Origin: Flectonema sp. DT1601
Lineage: Eukaryota
Direction: 5' to 3'
Length of the DNA: 64,000 nucleotides
NCBI GenBank assembly: GCA_964019425.1
Contig: OZ025785.1
Coordinates: 1,426,001-1,490,000 of the forward strand
Positions 1 to 12,927 of this stretch are shown here, piece after piece; the first letter of the stretch is position 1; each line of letters opens with the position of its first letter. The notes under the pieces were generated by a model. That model saw only the letters and a program-made list of their open reading frames with translations. It made no database searches and was not told the origin of the DNA. The translations under genes and the position numbers were made by a program.

Positions 1-1
1 T

Positions 2-370
2 TGCTTGAAGTTCTTCTTTCAGTTGTACTCTACTTTTGACTTCAGAAATCAAACCATTACTCCTTTTCCTGAAGCTCCGATAATCCCAAGAGAGCCATCC
101 CACGGAGATGTACAGGTTTCAGTTATGTCACCTGATGGATCGTGTGAGAACGTTGCGGCTCTTTGCAACGAACGCATTATTCAAATCAAAGCTCACTTTC
201 AATACCTCTCTATGGCTCTAGGAAAGTGGGACGGTCAGCTTACAGTTCCAAGTGGACAAAAGAAAGGATACAAGGGAAGAACACCTCTTTCGTTAATTAT
301 TCCACTTCAGCCACTGTGGATTCGTGCTGAAACTCTTGTCGGAAGTGACATTGTTCGGCAATTCCAGTGA
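2..370 (+). CDS. 3' end of a gene running in from the left edge; possibly the PAP/TUTase-associated region of a nucleotidyltransferase
   Basis: Frame open from base 2 to TGA at 368-370 with coding-like composition. The pattern 'LKFFFQLYSTFDF...VSVMSPDGSCENVAAL...IQIKAHF' resembles the FF..Y..FDF / DP...NVA pattern of Cid1/TUTase PAP-associated domains (by eye). Confidence 0.45.
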   Translation, partial: CLKFFFQLYSTFDFRNQTITPFPEAPIIPREPSHGDVQVSVMSPDGSCENVAALCNERIIQIKAHFQYLSMALGKWDGQLTVPSGQKKGYKGRTPLSLIIPLQPLWIRAETLVGSDIVRQFQ

Positions 371-583
371 TGTGGGGTAGTAAGGAGTAATTTATTATTA
401 TTATTATCTTTTCCTATATCCGTCACTAAATAGCGTAAATTCTTGGAATTTCGCCTGCACAAGATGCAAAGTAACCCTTTTTTTTTTTTTTTGCATCTCA
501 ATTCTTATTTCCCCTGAAAAATATTTTTTATTCGTTATCGTCAATTACGTGACGTTTCTTTTTTTTTTCTTCTTTTTTTCACA

Positions 584-712
584 CGAAGTCAGAAAAAGAA
601 ATCGTTCGGATTAAGAGCCATTTATTTATTATGTCCAATGTTATGTATTTTTCCTGTGCGCCAGTAATACTGTCTGCGATCAACTAAAATATAAGGCTTA
701 TCTTTGGAATGG
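584..712. repeat. Dispersed ~120 bp repeat, copy 1 (homologous to 52563-52675)
   Basis: Colinear shared blocks: cgaagtc.gaaaagaaa, gattaag, tatttattat, cctgtgc(c)gccagtaa, ctgcgatcaac(t)aaaatataaggct, gaatggttttt. Both copies are flanked by T-runs. Confidence 0.8.
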
Positions 713-1201
713 TTTTTTTTTTTTTTTTTTTTTTTTTACATCCTCTCTAAATCCTCGTGTCGGGTGAGCACAAAGGATATATCTCTCTCTTCCCATCTTC
801 CATCCAGGACCCATGCAAACGATTTAATTTTTTTTTTTTTTTTTCCCCCCCTTTCCTAAACTCTTTTTCTAGTTGCAACTCTTGGACTTTATGTAATGGG
901 TTTCTTGGTTGCGAAGTGATTGCGAAAAAAAAAAAAATTTTTTTTTAAAAAAAAATATAACGGTTCTGTGTTGATTTGAAAGCTTTATTATGACTCTCAT
1001 TGCAGCCTTGTGCAAGTGTTGTTGTTAATTCGGGTACTCCAATGTCAACTACCTTAATAAAACAGAGAGAGATTCGAGGCTTTTCTTTTTTTTTTTTTTC
1101 TTTTTTATTTGAGTTCAAAAGAGAAATATCGCTTACCGGGCGCTATGCACAGTGCGCACGTCCACTGTGGTTGCTGTTTCAGGTAATTGCCTATTTATGT
1201 T

Positions 1202-1232
<31 letters not shown>

Positions 1233-1875
1233 CATTTTAAATTATGATTATGTCCTCGTGTATGCGCTAGCTTGTCTTGCTTCTGTTCCAGGGGGGCTTG
1301 GTGGTGAAAGCTTTCATGGGGATGATTTTTTTCTTCAAGTTGCAAACTTTTTAATAAAAAAAAAAAATTAGGGAACACAAAAAAAAAAAAAAAAAAATAG
1401 TCGCCGGCATTTTTCTCACGACATCAGAGCTTCAAGTTGTTTCCTTCTCGATTGCTTAGCTGTTACTATTAATAGGTTTCTGTTATAGAACAGGCTGTTG
1501 AGCATGCGTGTGAATTTTCAATGTGTTTTTTCGTGAAAAGCTCTGGTAGGCTACAATGTACCATTTTCTTGGCAGTCGTTAAGCAATCACAGTTGGGAGG
1601 GTAAATACTACACAGAAAAAAAAAAAAGGAAAAAAAAAAAAAGAAAAAAAAAGAAGAGAAAAAACGACAGAATAGAACTACAGGAACCTCATTGTTCCCC
1701 ACCTCTCTTATTTCGTTCTTTTTTATTTTTATTTTATTCAATCTTTTTTAGTAAAATTGTATCCGTGGGTTGTAATTTATTGTTCCTATGCTTCTTGGTT
1801 TGGAAAGAACTCCTGCCATGCAAAGCTTAGCTTCTCTCTTTTTTTCCCCCTCTCTTCACAATCTCTCTTCTAATT

Positions 1876-1916
1876 GTACTTTGCACTTATTGTAATCATT
1901 GATAAGTGCAAAGTAT
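1876..1916. other. Perfect 14-bp inverted repeat (hairpin)
   Basis: tactttgcacttat (1877-1890) is the exact reverse complement of ataagtgcaaagta (1902-1915). The loop is 11 nt and the stem extends by G-U pairs. Confidence 0.85.
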
Positions 1917-2492
1917 GCTCACTTCCGATTTTGGTTTAATCCATGCTTACGTATCTTGAAAAGAATCTGAAAAAAAAACAACAAAAAATTATCGCCCGGG
2001 ATACTTCTTTATAACATAGATTGCTACGTGGAAATAAAAAAAAAGAAAACAAAAAAAAAAAAAAACAAAAAAAAAAAACTACGCAGCTTCTTTGTCTTCG
2101 TTTTTTTTCTTTTTTTTTTTTTTGCCTGCGAGCAAAACTTCCCGTGTAAGCATCATTTTATTCTTGTGCTTAAAAAGAAAGTTGCGTAATAGTTATCTAG
2201 CCAGCTTCGTCTTAAAGGAAAGAATAAGTGCACGGAGAAGGGGAAAAAAAAAAAAAAAAAAAAAAAAAAAGAAAAAGTTTTGCGAGAAATACCGTTTTGT
2301 AACATTGAGATGTTTTTGTTTTTCTAATTAATGACCCACCCTATCCTAGCGGGATTAACTTTCCCTTTAATGTTTTAGTTTTTCGCTTCAATTTATTGCT
2401 TCCTAGCTAAGTAAACTATCTCAAAAAAATAAAGAAATAAAACCCTAAGCTAGAATTTAATAATCAGTCGTCGGTCGTCGTTTTTGTTAATC

Positions 2493-2528
<36 letters not shown>

Positions 2529-2909
2529 CGAACTGGGTGGAGGGAAACAATCAGCATCAGCCTCATAAGTCTAATGCAGATTTTTCTTTTTTTTTTTTAA
2601 AAATTCGTTTTTTGGAAAAAGAGGAAAAGAAGAGGAAAAAAAATAAATATATAAAAGGGTCAACACATGATAATGTCATTCGTGTTTCTGGCGTAAGCCG
2701 ATTCCGATTTTTGCAGTCTACACACGGACCTGTTGAACTCTTGGTTTAATCACCAGTCATCCCTGCTACACATTAGAAACTAACAATTCACCTACAAGAT
2801 TGTAGTTATCAACTGCTAGCTAGCAAACCTTGTACTGGATTAGTAAGTTCGAGTGCTGCGGGGTTTGGATGGTTCTCCGTCAGAGAATGGCCCATTTTAT
2901 GGGTACTCA

Positions 2910-2940
<31 letters not shown>

Positions 2941-5572
2941 TTTTTTCCCTTCTCCTTTCTTTTTTTTTTTCTAAAATGGGAAAAAAAAAAAAAAAAAAAT
3001 TTCCATTTTAATGATCCCGTCAATTTATTGATGGGACAGTTGTTGTGATGTTTTAACGGGGGGGGTTTTCTTTTAAGGCTAATCTGCCTTGCTGAACCTC
3101 TGCAAACAACATCATTTGAGTGACTTCCGTGTGCCTCTGTTGTGATCCCTTATTAACCTACCGATCTATATCCCTTATTGTGGTAGTTCTTTGTTGTTAA
3201 TTCGTTATTATTGTTTTCCTTTTACTGAATTAACAACACACACGCCTCCGATTCAAGGCTATGGATGCCTAAAAACCTTTTTAAAAAAATATGATTTTTG
3301 TTGTGTAACTATTTCCTACGAGATTCTCTCGTGAACATTTGAATTATGAATTGATATTGTTTGCTTGTAAATTTTGAATTTTTTTTTGTGAAAAGTCGTT
3401 ACGTTTTGTCTGAGTTTTTAGTACCATCGTATGAACGCGAGCCTTTTTTTGGTTAAAAAAAACTTTCCATTCCTTTCTCTGTGAGAATCATCTCGCGTTT
3501 CCCCCCTTCTTTTTTTGTTCCAATTAATTTCTTAAAAATCTCCCGCTAGCAGATATTCTTAGCAAGTTCAATTCCCTCTAAAATGCATTTTTTTTCCCTT
3601 TTTTTTTTCTGCCGATCACCCCCCCCGATAACAATCCATGTTAATTTTGTTGGGGTATTGTTTGTCAGGCAGTGATGGATGTTAAAGAGTTATTCAGAAA
3701 CAGAATGCGAATTATCGTTTCATGCGGTTCATAAGTGTGATTTACGTTCTCTAAAGTTATTTCTGTAAGAACAAGTTGCACTCCATAGCAACACACCTCT
3801 GGAGCATAATAAATCAAAAAAAAAAAAAAATGGTCGCAGCATCTCGAGAAACGCTGATTGTAGGTAGTAATCTTCTTAATTGGTTTTCCAAGAAAAAAAA
3901 AAAAAAAAAAAAAAAAAAAGAAACGAACGAGGACAGATACGTCTTTGAGATCGTTCTTTTTAAATCATCTTTGCAGTACTAATCATTCTACAGCGCTCTT
4001 TAAATTAGTATGAGAGCATGACCTGCTTGTGATTTTATTTGGAGATCAAAACAACATTTCTATTGAACTATATTGTGACATCCTGTTTGCTTTCCTTTTC
4101 GGAAAAGGATTCATAAAATCAATATAAAACGTCACTAGAAACTTAAATGTAGAAAAAAAAAACCCGCCCCCCTTAAACTTGTTGTGATTTTTGATAAGTG
4201 TCTCGAAATAGCATATTATTGCTCCTCAATTCAGTGCTATGCCCCTTACCTGCAGTTTTTTGCTGTGCGTGTTCTCCGTACTTGGAAGGCTTTTGTGGGC
4301 AATTGCCTAAAATGTTTTTTTTTTTCTTTTCTTTTTTTTCCATTGCTTCGATCTTGTTTTATACTAAAAAACTAACTACGCGGTTTTAAATTTTTTTTTT
4401 TTTTTTTAATCGTTTTTAATTTGGGGAGGGTAGGTTCTTTAGTAGGTTTAATTCTCTTGTGTCTGGTCTCTGTAAATTAACTTGTTGAGCCAGAAATTAG
4501 TATTTCTTTAAGTTGAACAGCTCCCTTTTATTTTGATGTTGCGTTCTGTTTACAGGGCCAGCAGGGGCTGTAAAATACCCTCACATGAATGGAAAGCATA
4601 CAGTGTGCACTTGTTATTCCCCTTTTTTCTATTCTATTTTTTGTGATTCAAAAAAAAAAAAATTTTTTTTTTCTTCTCTCCTTTTTTGTTGTGTTTAATG
4701 CTTTTCGTTTGTGTGAGAAAAAGGCCACTGTCAGTGTTTTGGAACACAGAAAAAGTGTGAAATGATTGACACTGCGGCGATCTGGCATGTTTTTTTGCAA
4801 CTGTTGGTAGCAATTCAATTATGATCTATTAATGAATAGCCCTTTAGGGTAGTGCTAGCCGCATATCTGTCGTAAACCTCCCGGATGCCTGCGCTGGTAC
4901 CCTGAAGTGCTCTTCGATGCAATAAACTTAGAGAATTATCTGCGAAAGAATAAGCCTTGCTCCCCAAGAAGAAGAAAAAAAAAAAAAAAAAACCTTGAGT
5001 ACGTTGAATTTTTCCGCCGTCGTAGTTCTTTTTTTTGATGTTATATTGCTTTTTTTGTCATTATTGCAGCCTGTGCTCTGATAGAACAGACTGTGTTACC
5101 AGTTTGTTTTATATTGAAAACACGCATACGAATTTTGTATCTGTAGTGTAAAAAATATTGCATGCACACCTGTTATGCGACGGGGTACCAACCTTCACCA
5201 TTCTCGCATAGGTGCTATTAAATTTTACTACGGCTCAGGTACGATTGAGATAAGTGACTTTGTCACATATCAAATTGTGTTATTCATGTGTTGCAATTAA
5301 CTTCACCCTTAACGAGTGTGGCAGCCCACTAAAGCCTTCCACTGATTTTTTTATCTTCACCAATTCAAACATTCTTTTATGTTTTTCATTCTTAATTTTT
5401 TTTTCTTCTTTTCTTCTGTATCATGTAAGTGATTATGTAAGTGATTGATGCAAGGTGTTGCATATTCAAGTGGCTTCTCCGTCGTGATTCATTCACCAGT
5501 CATGTGAACAGCTTTTTCTTTCTTTAAAAAAAAAAAACAAGAAACGAGAGAAAATGAGAGATGGTCAGAAGG

Positions 5573-5605
<33 letters not shown>

Positions 5606-6834
5606 TTAAGAAAAAAACTTTAAAAAAAAAAAAAAAAAAAACTCCTCTCTTGCCTTCCTATTTTCTGTTACCTTCCTTTGTTATGTTTTAGAAGTGGATA
5701 TCACAACACTTTTCTCGGTAAGTTCGATTCCGTCTCATGCACTTTAATTTATTGGATTTCGTGTAAAAAATAGTTTCTTTCGGCTGCATGTTAACAGCCA
5801 AGAAAGACTGATAAAAAGATGACGTTATCACATTGGCTAACACAGTTGCTACCCTTGACCTCGGCCAGTTAGGTATGTAGTTCTCCGCGTTTCAGAAAGA
5901 AATATTGTAATAACAGAAAGAAAACTCTCTTTTTGTTCTCCCCGAAAATTAGAAAAATGTGTGAACCGACTAGTCGTTGTCAAGTTCTCCCTCCTCGTTT
6001 TGGTGCAACATGTTTGTTAGCGAAATAATTGAGAGCCGCTATTACTGTCACTCAGTGATTTGGGATAAAGAAGTGAAATATTGCCTACTTTGTCGAAGTA
6101 GTTTGAGTGATGGAGTGGTTTTTATATTCGTCGTGTATTCGTCAGATTATTCCGACGAGCAGTGCATTTTTCCAACGTAAAGATAAACTTTGAGAAACTA
6201 CGCGAAAATCCTATTATGAAAAAAGGGAGATGGTGTTATTTATTTATTGTCGTTGAGGGTTGTTCTATTTATCTTTTCCTTATTTTCCTTATTCATTCAT
6301 TCTTTTTTTTTTTTTTTTTTTTACGCAACAGAAGTTGCCTTTGCGTCGGCCTGCCTTTCAAGGAAAGTTTGGCGAGTTTTCGGGCGCCCACCCAGGGAGC
6401 CAGCTCACGTTCAATATAGACCTTGGGGTGTCCATATGGCGCTATAAAATAAGTCTTTCCTCCCCAACACCTTTTTCATTCTTCGTTCCCCGTCTCCCAG
6501 TTTCTTTTTTCTTACCCCAAACGTTTTACCCCTCCACGCTCACATACCACTTTTGAGTTACCCATTCTCGGGTAAGGAGTAGTCGGGTGCTGTATTGCCC
6601 CCTGCTCTCGAACTAAATGGTACTATTCAGGCGGTGTTGAAATAGACAAACTATCTCTACAACAAAAACTCTTTTTATCAATTCTCTAGGCGCTGCAATA
6701 TGTTTTGAGGAACAGCTGAGAAGATATTATTACACCGGAGGTCTGCAATAGTATGACGACAGGTCTAAAACACTCTTTTCCAATTAACAGGCTTGACTCC
6801 TAGTCACTAAAATGAGCCGCCGCTAAAGATATCA

Positions 6835-9800
6835 ATGGCATTGCAGGTTCGCAGGGATGTGGCGCAAGCAGCGATTGATCTGCGATGCTGCCGATGCGGT
6901 GCGGGAGTTGAAGCTGGAGAGCTAATCGGAGATGGTAAGAAGTCATATCACGTGGGATGCTTAGGAGGTGTGACACCAGACGCATGTCGAGAGTGTAACA
7001 AAGCAATACTTACTGACGAGGGGTACTGCACAGCCCTGGGTGATGCTTGGCACGAAAATTGCTTCGTTTGTAAAATTTGCAACCAGCACATAACAACGCC
7101 TTTCACACAGTTAGCAGTGGGTTGCTTTAGGGCCATAGTTCAAAGAAAAGGTCAAACTGTGGGACAGATAGCCTTCAAGAAAGTTAACCCAGGACCGTGT
7201 CATCCATTATGTAAGCCTTTACTTAACGCCCCGCCACCATCACCTTACGCCGCGTCTGCGACATCTGTTGGTATGCAACCCAACACAACAACAAAGAATT
7301 TAGCGTTTCGGAGAAAGTCGCACATAGGAACAGAACATATTCCAGCAGTAGTGGAGTTGGATGGTGCAATGTGGGATGTGGCTCCGCTAACTCGGATGGC
7401 AACATGTATTCAAGACACTACCCAGAGGGCTCGAGTTAAAATTGCCGAACACAGTGAAATTAGTACAATAGTAAATGGTCTCCGTACGGCATTCGGTCCT
7501 GGAGTACTCGAAGTTCTGGGGACGGTAAAGATTAGTCCAAACAAGTCATTATTAATGACTCCTTGGAAAGCTGGTGGAGATCTTTACACGCAGGCTGCAG
7601 ACAGTCAAGGGATGGGACTTGATGAAACTCTTGCTCAAACTGTTTTCGATAAGGTTATTAACGCACTAGTCAGGTGTCATAAGAAGGGGCTGGCTCACAG
7701 AGATATCCGACCAGAGAATATTATATTAGGTTCGTTAACAAACGGTCCTCCATATTTAACAGGATTTAAACTTAGTCGGAAGTACACCGACGCAAGCACC
7801 TACCCTTCTGACGTTTGTGGTGGCCCTGGCCATGTTGCCCCTGAAGCACTCGACGTCCTACTCGGGAAGAGAACTTCGTATGATCCGTTTAAAGCAGACA
7901 TGTGGGCAGCTGGAGTTTTACTTCACCAAATGCTTGCTGGTCGGGATCCGAAGTGGGTTCGCAAAATACCAAGGGGACTACTACCTGATGAGAATGGTTT
8001 AGGGAATAATCCCCGTCCTGTTGAGATCGCGAAGTACTACGACGCCATAATAAAGGGTGCAGGGAAAACATCAAAAGATGTTTCTGAAGAAGCCCTCGAC
8101 TTACTATCTTGGCTGTTAGTAACAGATCCTGATGAGAGAGTAACAGCAGAACAAGCTGCTACTCATCCATGGTTGGCTTCACTACGTGTTGATGGTCACG
8201 AGGGTCGAAAACTTGTTAAAATCTCAAACAACACTTCTATTGCATTAGTCATCACAGCTGCCAGTATCTGTTGCGTAAAACAGAAGAACATCTCCGCCTG
8301 CACATCTTCAGTCGTTGCATCAGCTTTGGCAATTACTGCAGTTCGTTCTATTGAATCGATCTACTTTAAGAATTTATCATCCTATTGTGTTGCTGGTCTT
8401 GTTATTCTAAAACACGAACTCAGACATCAGGGAGCTCTCCGTTTGCAGTCACAACTGACAGAGGTCCAAGCTCTAAAAATTGAAGAAGAAGATAGACTTC
8501 TTACTGATGAAGAGTGTCGTGATTTCCCAGTCTCCGGTGTTCTTGCTGCCCGGAGAGAATCTCTCCCCTGCCTTAATTATTCTTCATCTGAAAAAGAAGA
8601 TTACCTTTCTCCTTATAGGGATTTGCGCGCTCGTGCAAAGCGCAGACAGAGTTTACCAGTTTTTGGAGAAGGTAAATCGTATACTGAAATTGCTGCTGCT
8701 GCTGTAGCGCAAGCCATGCGTGATGCAGTTGAAAAAGAGACTCTGAATACTCATCGTTCTGACAAGTCTGAGAAAATAACATCAGCGAGGAAGAAGATCA
8801 GGAGAATTAGTAGTAGTCTACCACCTTCAAGGAGAGGTTCTGTAATGTCGGGAAGAGGATCAAGAAATTCATTAAATGGAAAGAAGGCTTCAACGGGAAG
8901 CTCTGGTAGCACTGCAAAACGAAAGCCGAGTATCCATTTCAACTTAAACCTCCCTCTACACCCAAGTACAATTGATGAAGGGGATTCTGATGGTAATACA
9001 GAGAGGACAGCAACAGGTCGATCTACTTCAAGAACCAGAGTAACCCCAAGACCATTAGATGGATCTCCTGCTTCTCCAAGAAAGTCAGAAACAGATTCAT
9101 GTTTAGAAATTAAAGATGCAAAGTACCTCGATGATCTCGAAACAGACACAGAAGACGAGGATGAAAGTCTAGACATTGTACCTGCAACATCAGTTAATAA
9201 TACTGATGAGTTGGTTATTATGCAAGTTACTCCAGCTACTAAACTCGACAGATCAAAATTCCTAAAACACGTTAACTCTGAAACAGACAGTGATGAACTG
9301 TCACCTCGAACAAGAGAGCGACGTCGGGTTCGGATAGCGGAGTCGTTTGAAGGAATCTCTCCGTCAGATGATTCTGAAAGTGTTGAAGGAAATAAAAAGA
9401 GACGTCCTCACAAGAAATCAAAGCGAAAACTTCCACACATCGACATGAAACGTATTACTGGTAGCTCTTCACAGCTGTCTCGTGGAGGAAGCAGTCCTCG
9501 AATCGCACGTGCGCAGTCCAGTAGCCCGTCGTTCGCAGATAAAAATCGAAAGAGGAGCAAGCTTACAGATCGAACTGGATCCCCAACATTTCGTGATCTG
9601 AGAAGTAAGTCCCATACATCTGCTTCACCTCGCACACGTAAGAAACCTGATCCGACTGGAATTCAAGAAGAAATGAGAATAGCTGAGAATTATTTTGGTT
9701 CATTCCGAGGGAAGCCAAGAAAACCGAAACCTGTTGAACCAGAACAGATATCACCTCCAGCTTCTCCGAGGAGTAAGAGTCAGCAACTCAAACCACACCT

Positions 9801-10013
9801 CACTTCAACCAGCGCAATTTATCAAGCTGTGTTTGGGGATGATGACGAAACCCCGGAAGCTCCGGTATGTTTTTATAATGATCACATGTCACATATGTTT
9901 AGTAGAAATGTGAGTGATGATAAAGTATTTTTTATTTTGTTTTTATCACATAACTCAAACAGGTGTCATCTAGAGACGTTCGTCGGGTTCATCGACCCGC
10001 TGCCCCGGGTTAG
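6835..10013 (+). CDS. LIM-domain plus Ser/Thr kinase-like (probable pseudokinase) protein with a long low-complexity S/R-rich tail; probable exons 6835-9864 and 9963-10013
   Basis: LIM pattern CRECNKAI...AWHENCFVCKICNQ...CHPLC, plus a half LIM (CCRC...YHVGC). Kinase motifs HRDIRPEN, APE, DMWAAGV and R...A..HPW. An AT-rich GTATGT...AAACAG intron (9865-9962) would give the C-terminus EAP|VSSRDVRRVHRPAAPG*; the unspliced ORF ends at 10020. Confidence 0.85.
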
Positions 10014-11224
10014 AGAATAGTGTAGAGAAACGGTCCCGTCATGTTTATAAGTTGGTTGTCGCAAGCGAGAGCCCTCCTGTGAGATGAATATAACAATAGT
10101 GCTTACAATGAATTAACAAAAAAACTATGTTCCAACGATGAGTCATCTCATTTTTTTGGACGGGTGAGTTTCCCCTACAGCCTGGAACACTATTGCTGTT
10201 GCAGCGTCGTATTTTTGATTTCTATTATCATTTTGACTGCTGCAGCAGCGCAAGAGCTCAGTAGTTAGCAACAGTCCGTTCTAATGTGTTATTTTACTAA
10301 TGTAAGGTTTCATTTATTTTTTTTACCATTCCCAATATACTCTGTTTTTGTTACCAATCGGTTGTCGTTTCTTAACCCCCATTTTTGCTTTTTTTTTTTT
10401 TTTTTTGCTGCGATTTTTTTTTTTTTTTTTTTTTTTAATTTTTTTTATGATAGCTAAGTTCATTATCTATTCACTGCACGCCTTAATTCGAGACAAAAAA
10501 AAAAAAAAAAAAAAAAAAAATCGCCGTGACATGATCCTGTTGTATGATTCTGTGATGTTTTTTTTTTTTCTTTCTTTCCTGTGCTCTGTAATGGAGCTGT
10601 CTGATAATTTTGCTGCGTGCCCCATCCAACTTACTCACTGCTCAAGAAAACCCTATAAAGGGAAAGCATGGTTATTATACCTTGGTTTTCTCTACCCGTC
10701 AATAGATGCTTAGTAGCACGAACCTTTTGATGTGCTAAAGTGATTGATAATTCGTTTGTTGTGTGTCTTTTCATGATTTGGTCTGTTTGTCTCAAAAAAA
10801 AAAAAAAAAAAAAAGAAGTCTTTCGTCATATTCCCTGGATGATTTAAGACCCAGGATGTTTTTTTTTAAAATTTCAAAAAAAAAAAAAATCTTAGTTATT
10901 TTATTATGTCTCTGTGTGTTGCCCTGTTTATGGTTCTGGCTCCTTGTTTTGGAATATGTCACGATATGCATTTCTTTTAATAATGTAGTATTGCGATCAA
11001 AATGTTGAGTTTTTTTTCTTTTTTTTACTTCTCCAGTAGTAACACAGTTGAGTGACTGTTTTTTTATATTCATTTTTCAGCTCACTATTTTTTTTTTTTT
11101 TTTTATGACAGGTTTTTACTAACCAAATATAAGCAATCAAAAAATAATTAAATGTGTGAAAAGTCCAAGTTTATTTATTTGTTATTTTTATGTCTGTCAG
11201 TTTTTAAAAAAAAAAAAAATAACT

Positions 11225-12388
11225 ATGCGCAGCATCAATTCTGACTATGAAGGTTCACTCTCTGCACCTGAATTCATTCAGAGAAGAGGCGAAGGTATGA
11301 AAAAAAAACTGACCGTCCTAAGAGGAAGACTTCGAAAAAGTGTTACCGGAGATGAGAGCAAATCAGTTCGTAGACACATAAAGGAAATGGAGGAGGTTAA
11401 TAAAAATAAATTAATGAAAACGATTAGAAAAGAAATGTCAAATCCAAAAACAATTCGACTCATGGATCGTGCTTCCTTCACCTTCGGAGTAACAGGCATA
11501 GTCGTAACACAATACATCATGCTTATATATCCGCACTACTTTTGGTTATTCTTTAGTATTCTGATGCCTTGCTTAATGCTGGCTCGATACCACATGTACA
11601 AGAAGAGTAAACATCAGTATTTTATGATTGATTTTTGTTACTTAGTTCAAGCCTTGGTCATGTTTGAAGTCGTTTTTCCTTCACCTTTGTTGTTTGCGAT
11701 GAATTTTATGTTTGCGAATGGTCCGCTTGCATGGGCTGTGATCGCTTGGAGGAATAGTCTAGTATTTCACAGCATTGATAAAGTAACCAGTGTTTTTATA
11801 CATGTTTTCCCTATGATCGTATCTTATTGTGAAAAATGGCATTCTGGTAGAGGCACAGAACCGATTGACGGAAGAACATTTTGTGCAGCTATCACAGTAT
11901 ACTTGGCTTGGCAGATGCTCTATTTATTTGAGACTGAAATTCGTCAAAAAAAGAAATTTGAAAACGACAAAGACCTATCTTCATCTCTAAGATATCTGAG
12001 TGAAAAGGGACATAACATTCCTTCTGTTATATTGGTGAGAAGGGGATTGGTTGCAGTGGGTTTTATGAGTTCAGATGAAGTGTTCGACTCAAAGTCCCAC
12101 AAAACAAAATTAGTAATGATTACATCTCAGTTAATGTACACGTTAGCTACTATGCTTCCAGCTTTACTGTTTTATAATTCTGAGATATTGCATACGATGT
12201 TTATGAATGTAATGTTGATTTGGTCTGTTTGGAATGGAGCAACTTACTACTTTGAGGTCTTCGTATCGACGTATGATTCAAAGAGAAATTCTGATAGTTT
12301 TGATTTGACGAGATCACCTGATTCTGGTTCTTCAATCTCTTCCTTAACACCTCGTGAAGGACATACAGATGCATTAGCGAGAAGTTAG
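11225..12388 (+). CDS. GPC1: Glycerophosphocholine acyltransferase (GPC1/GPCAT, DUF2838 family), multi-pass membrane protein
   Basis: Family motifs YFMIDFCY, NGPLAWAVIAWRNSLVFHSIDKVTSVFIH and WSVWNGATYYFEVF; several transmembrane segments. First ATG is at 11225. Confidence 0.85.
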   Translation: MRSINSDYEGSLSAPEFIQRRGEGMKKKLTVLRGRLRKSVTGDESKSVRRHIKEMEEVNKNKLMKTIRKEMSNPKTIRLMDRASFTFGVTGIVVTQYIMLIYPHYFWLFFSILMPCLMLARYHMYKKSKHQYFMIDFCYLVQALVMFEVVFPSPLLFAMNFMFANGPLAWAVIAWRNSLVFHSIDKVTSVFIHVFPMIVSYCEKWHSGRGTEPIDGRTFCAAITVYLAWQMLYLFETEIRQKKKFENDKDLSSSLRYLSEKGHNIPSVILVRRGLVAVGFMSSDEVFDSKSHKTKLVMITSQLMYTLATMLPALLFYNSEILHTMFMNVMLIWSVWNGATYYFEVFVSTYDSKRNSDSFDLTRSPDSGSSISSLTPREGHTDALARS

Positions 12389-12894
12389 TTGGCGTCCGTA
12401 CTTTTATTGTCTCGTGAAGAAGTTTGCCTATACAAGACTTCTGTTTAATTTATTTAATTTTGTTTAATTTATTTATTTATTTTTGTTTTTTCCAAAAATC
12501 AACTAGCGGCAGTGAAAAACCTCTCTCTTCTCAGCTAACTAATTTGGTTTATTCTCATGCCTTGTTTGATTTGTTATCTGTTTTTTTTATCACCTAATTG
12601 AGGAAAGATGTTCAATTTAAGGATGATTCGCTCATGGGTTGATACAAAGAATCCCTTTTTTTCAGTTAATTAAAAAAAAAGGTGCGCAACACAAAACTAG
12701 ATTATTCTAAAGTCTTGTTGTCTTTGCCCGATGATTCCTTTCTATTACAATAACCAAATAAGATATTCTGACACAAGCCTGCTTCGTGCATGTGGCATTT
12801 CATTGTTTTATAACAATTCTTTTGAATAAATAACGTAAAGAGAAAAAAGAAGGAAAAAAAAAAACGATTTCAATAGTACACACAAACCAAAATC

Positions 12895-12927
<33 letters not shown>

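Noticed and set aside
2911..2940. (ATT)n microsatellite, a 12-bp tandem duplicate near 5423-5446, and short hairpins (18532-18560, 51978-51996, 54446-54478)
   Set aside because: Expected at this frequency in AT-rich DNA; nothing points to function.
5685..5742. tRNA-like words (agtggatatcac ... gttcgattcc)
   Set aside because: The T-arm and acceptor stem do not pair and no anticodon arm can be built; at most a chance B-box.
757..6556. Many 60-120 aa ORFs rich in poly-Phe/poly-Lys (also 10348-11073, 26093-26404, 34359-35111, 43078-47886)
   Set aside because: They are translations of T/A homopolymer runs, mostly with non-ATG starts and no protein-like composition.
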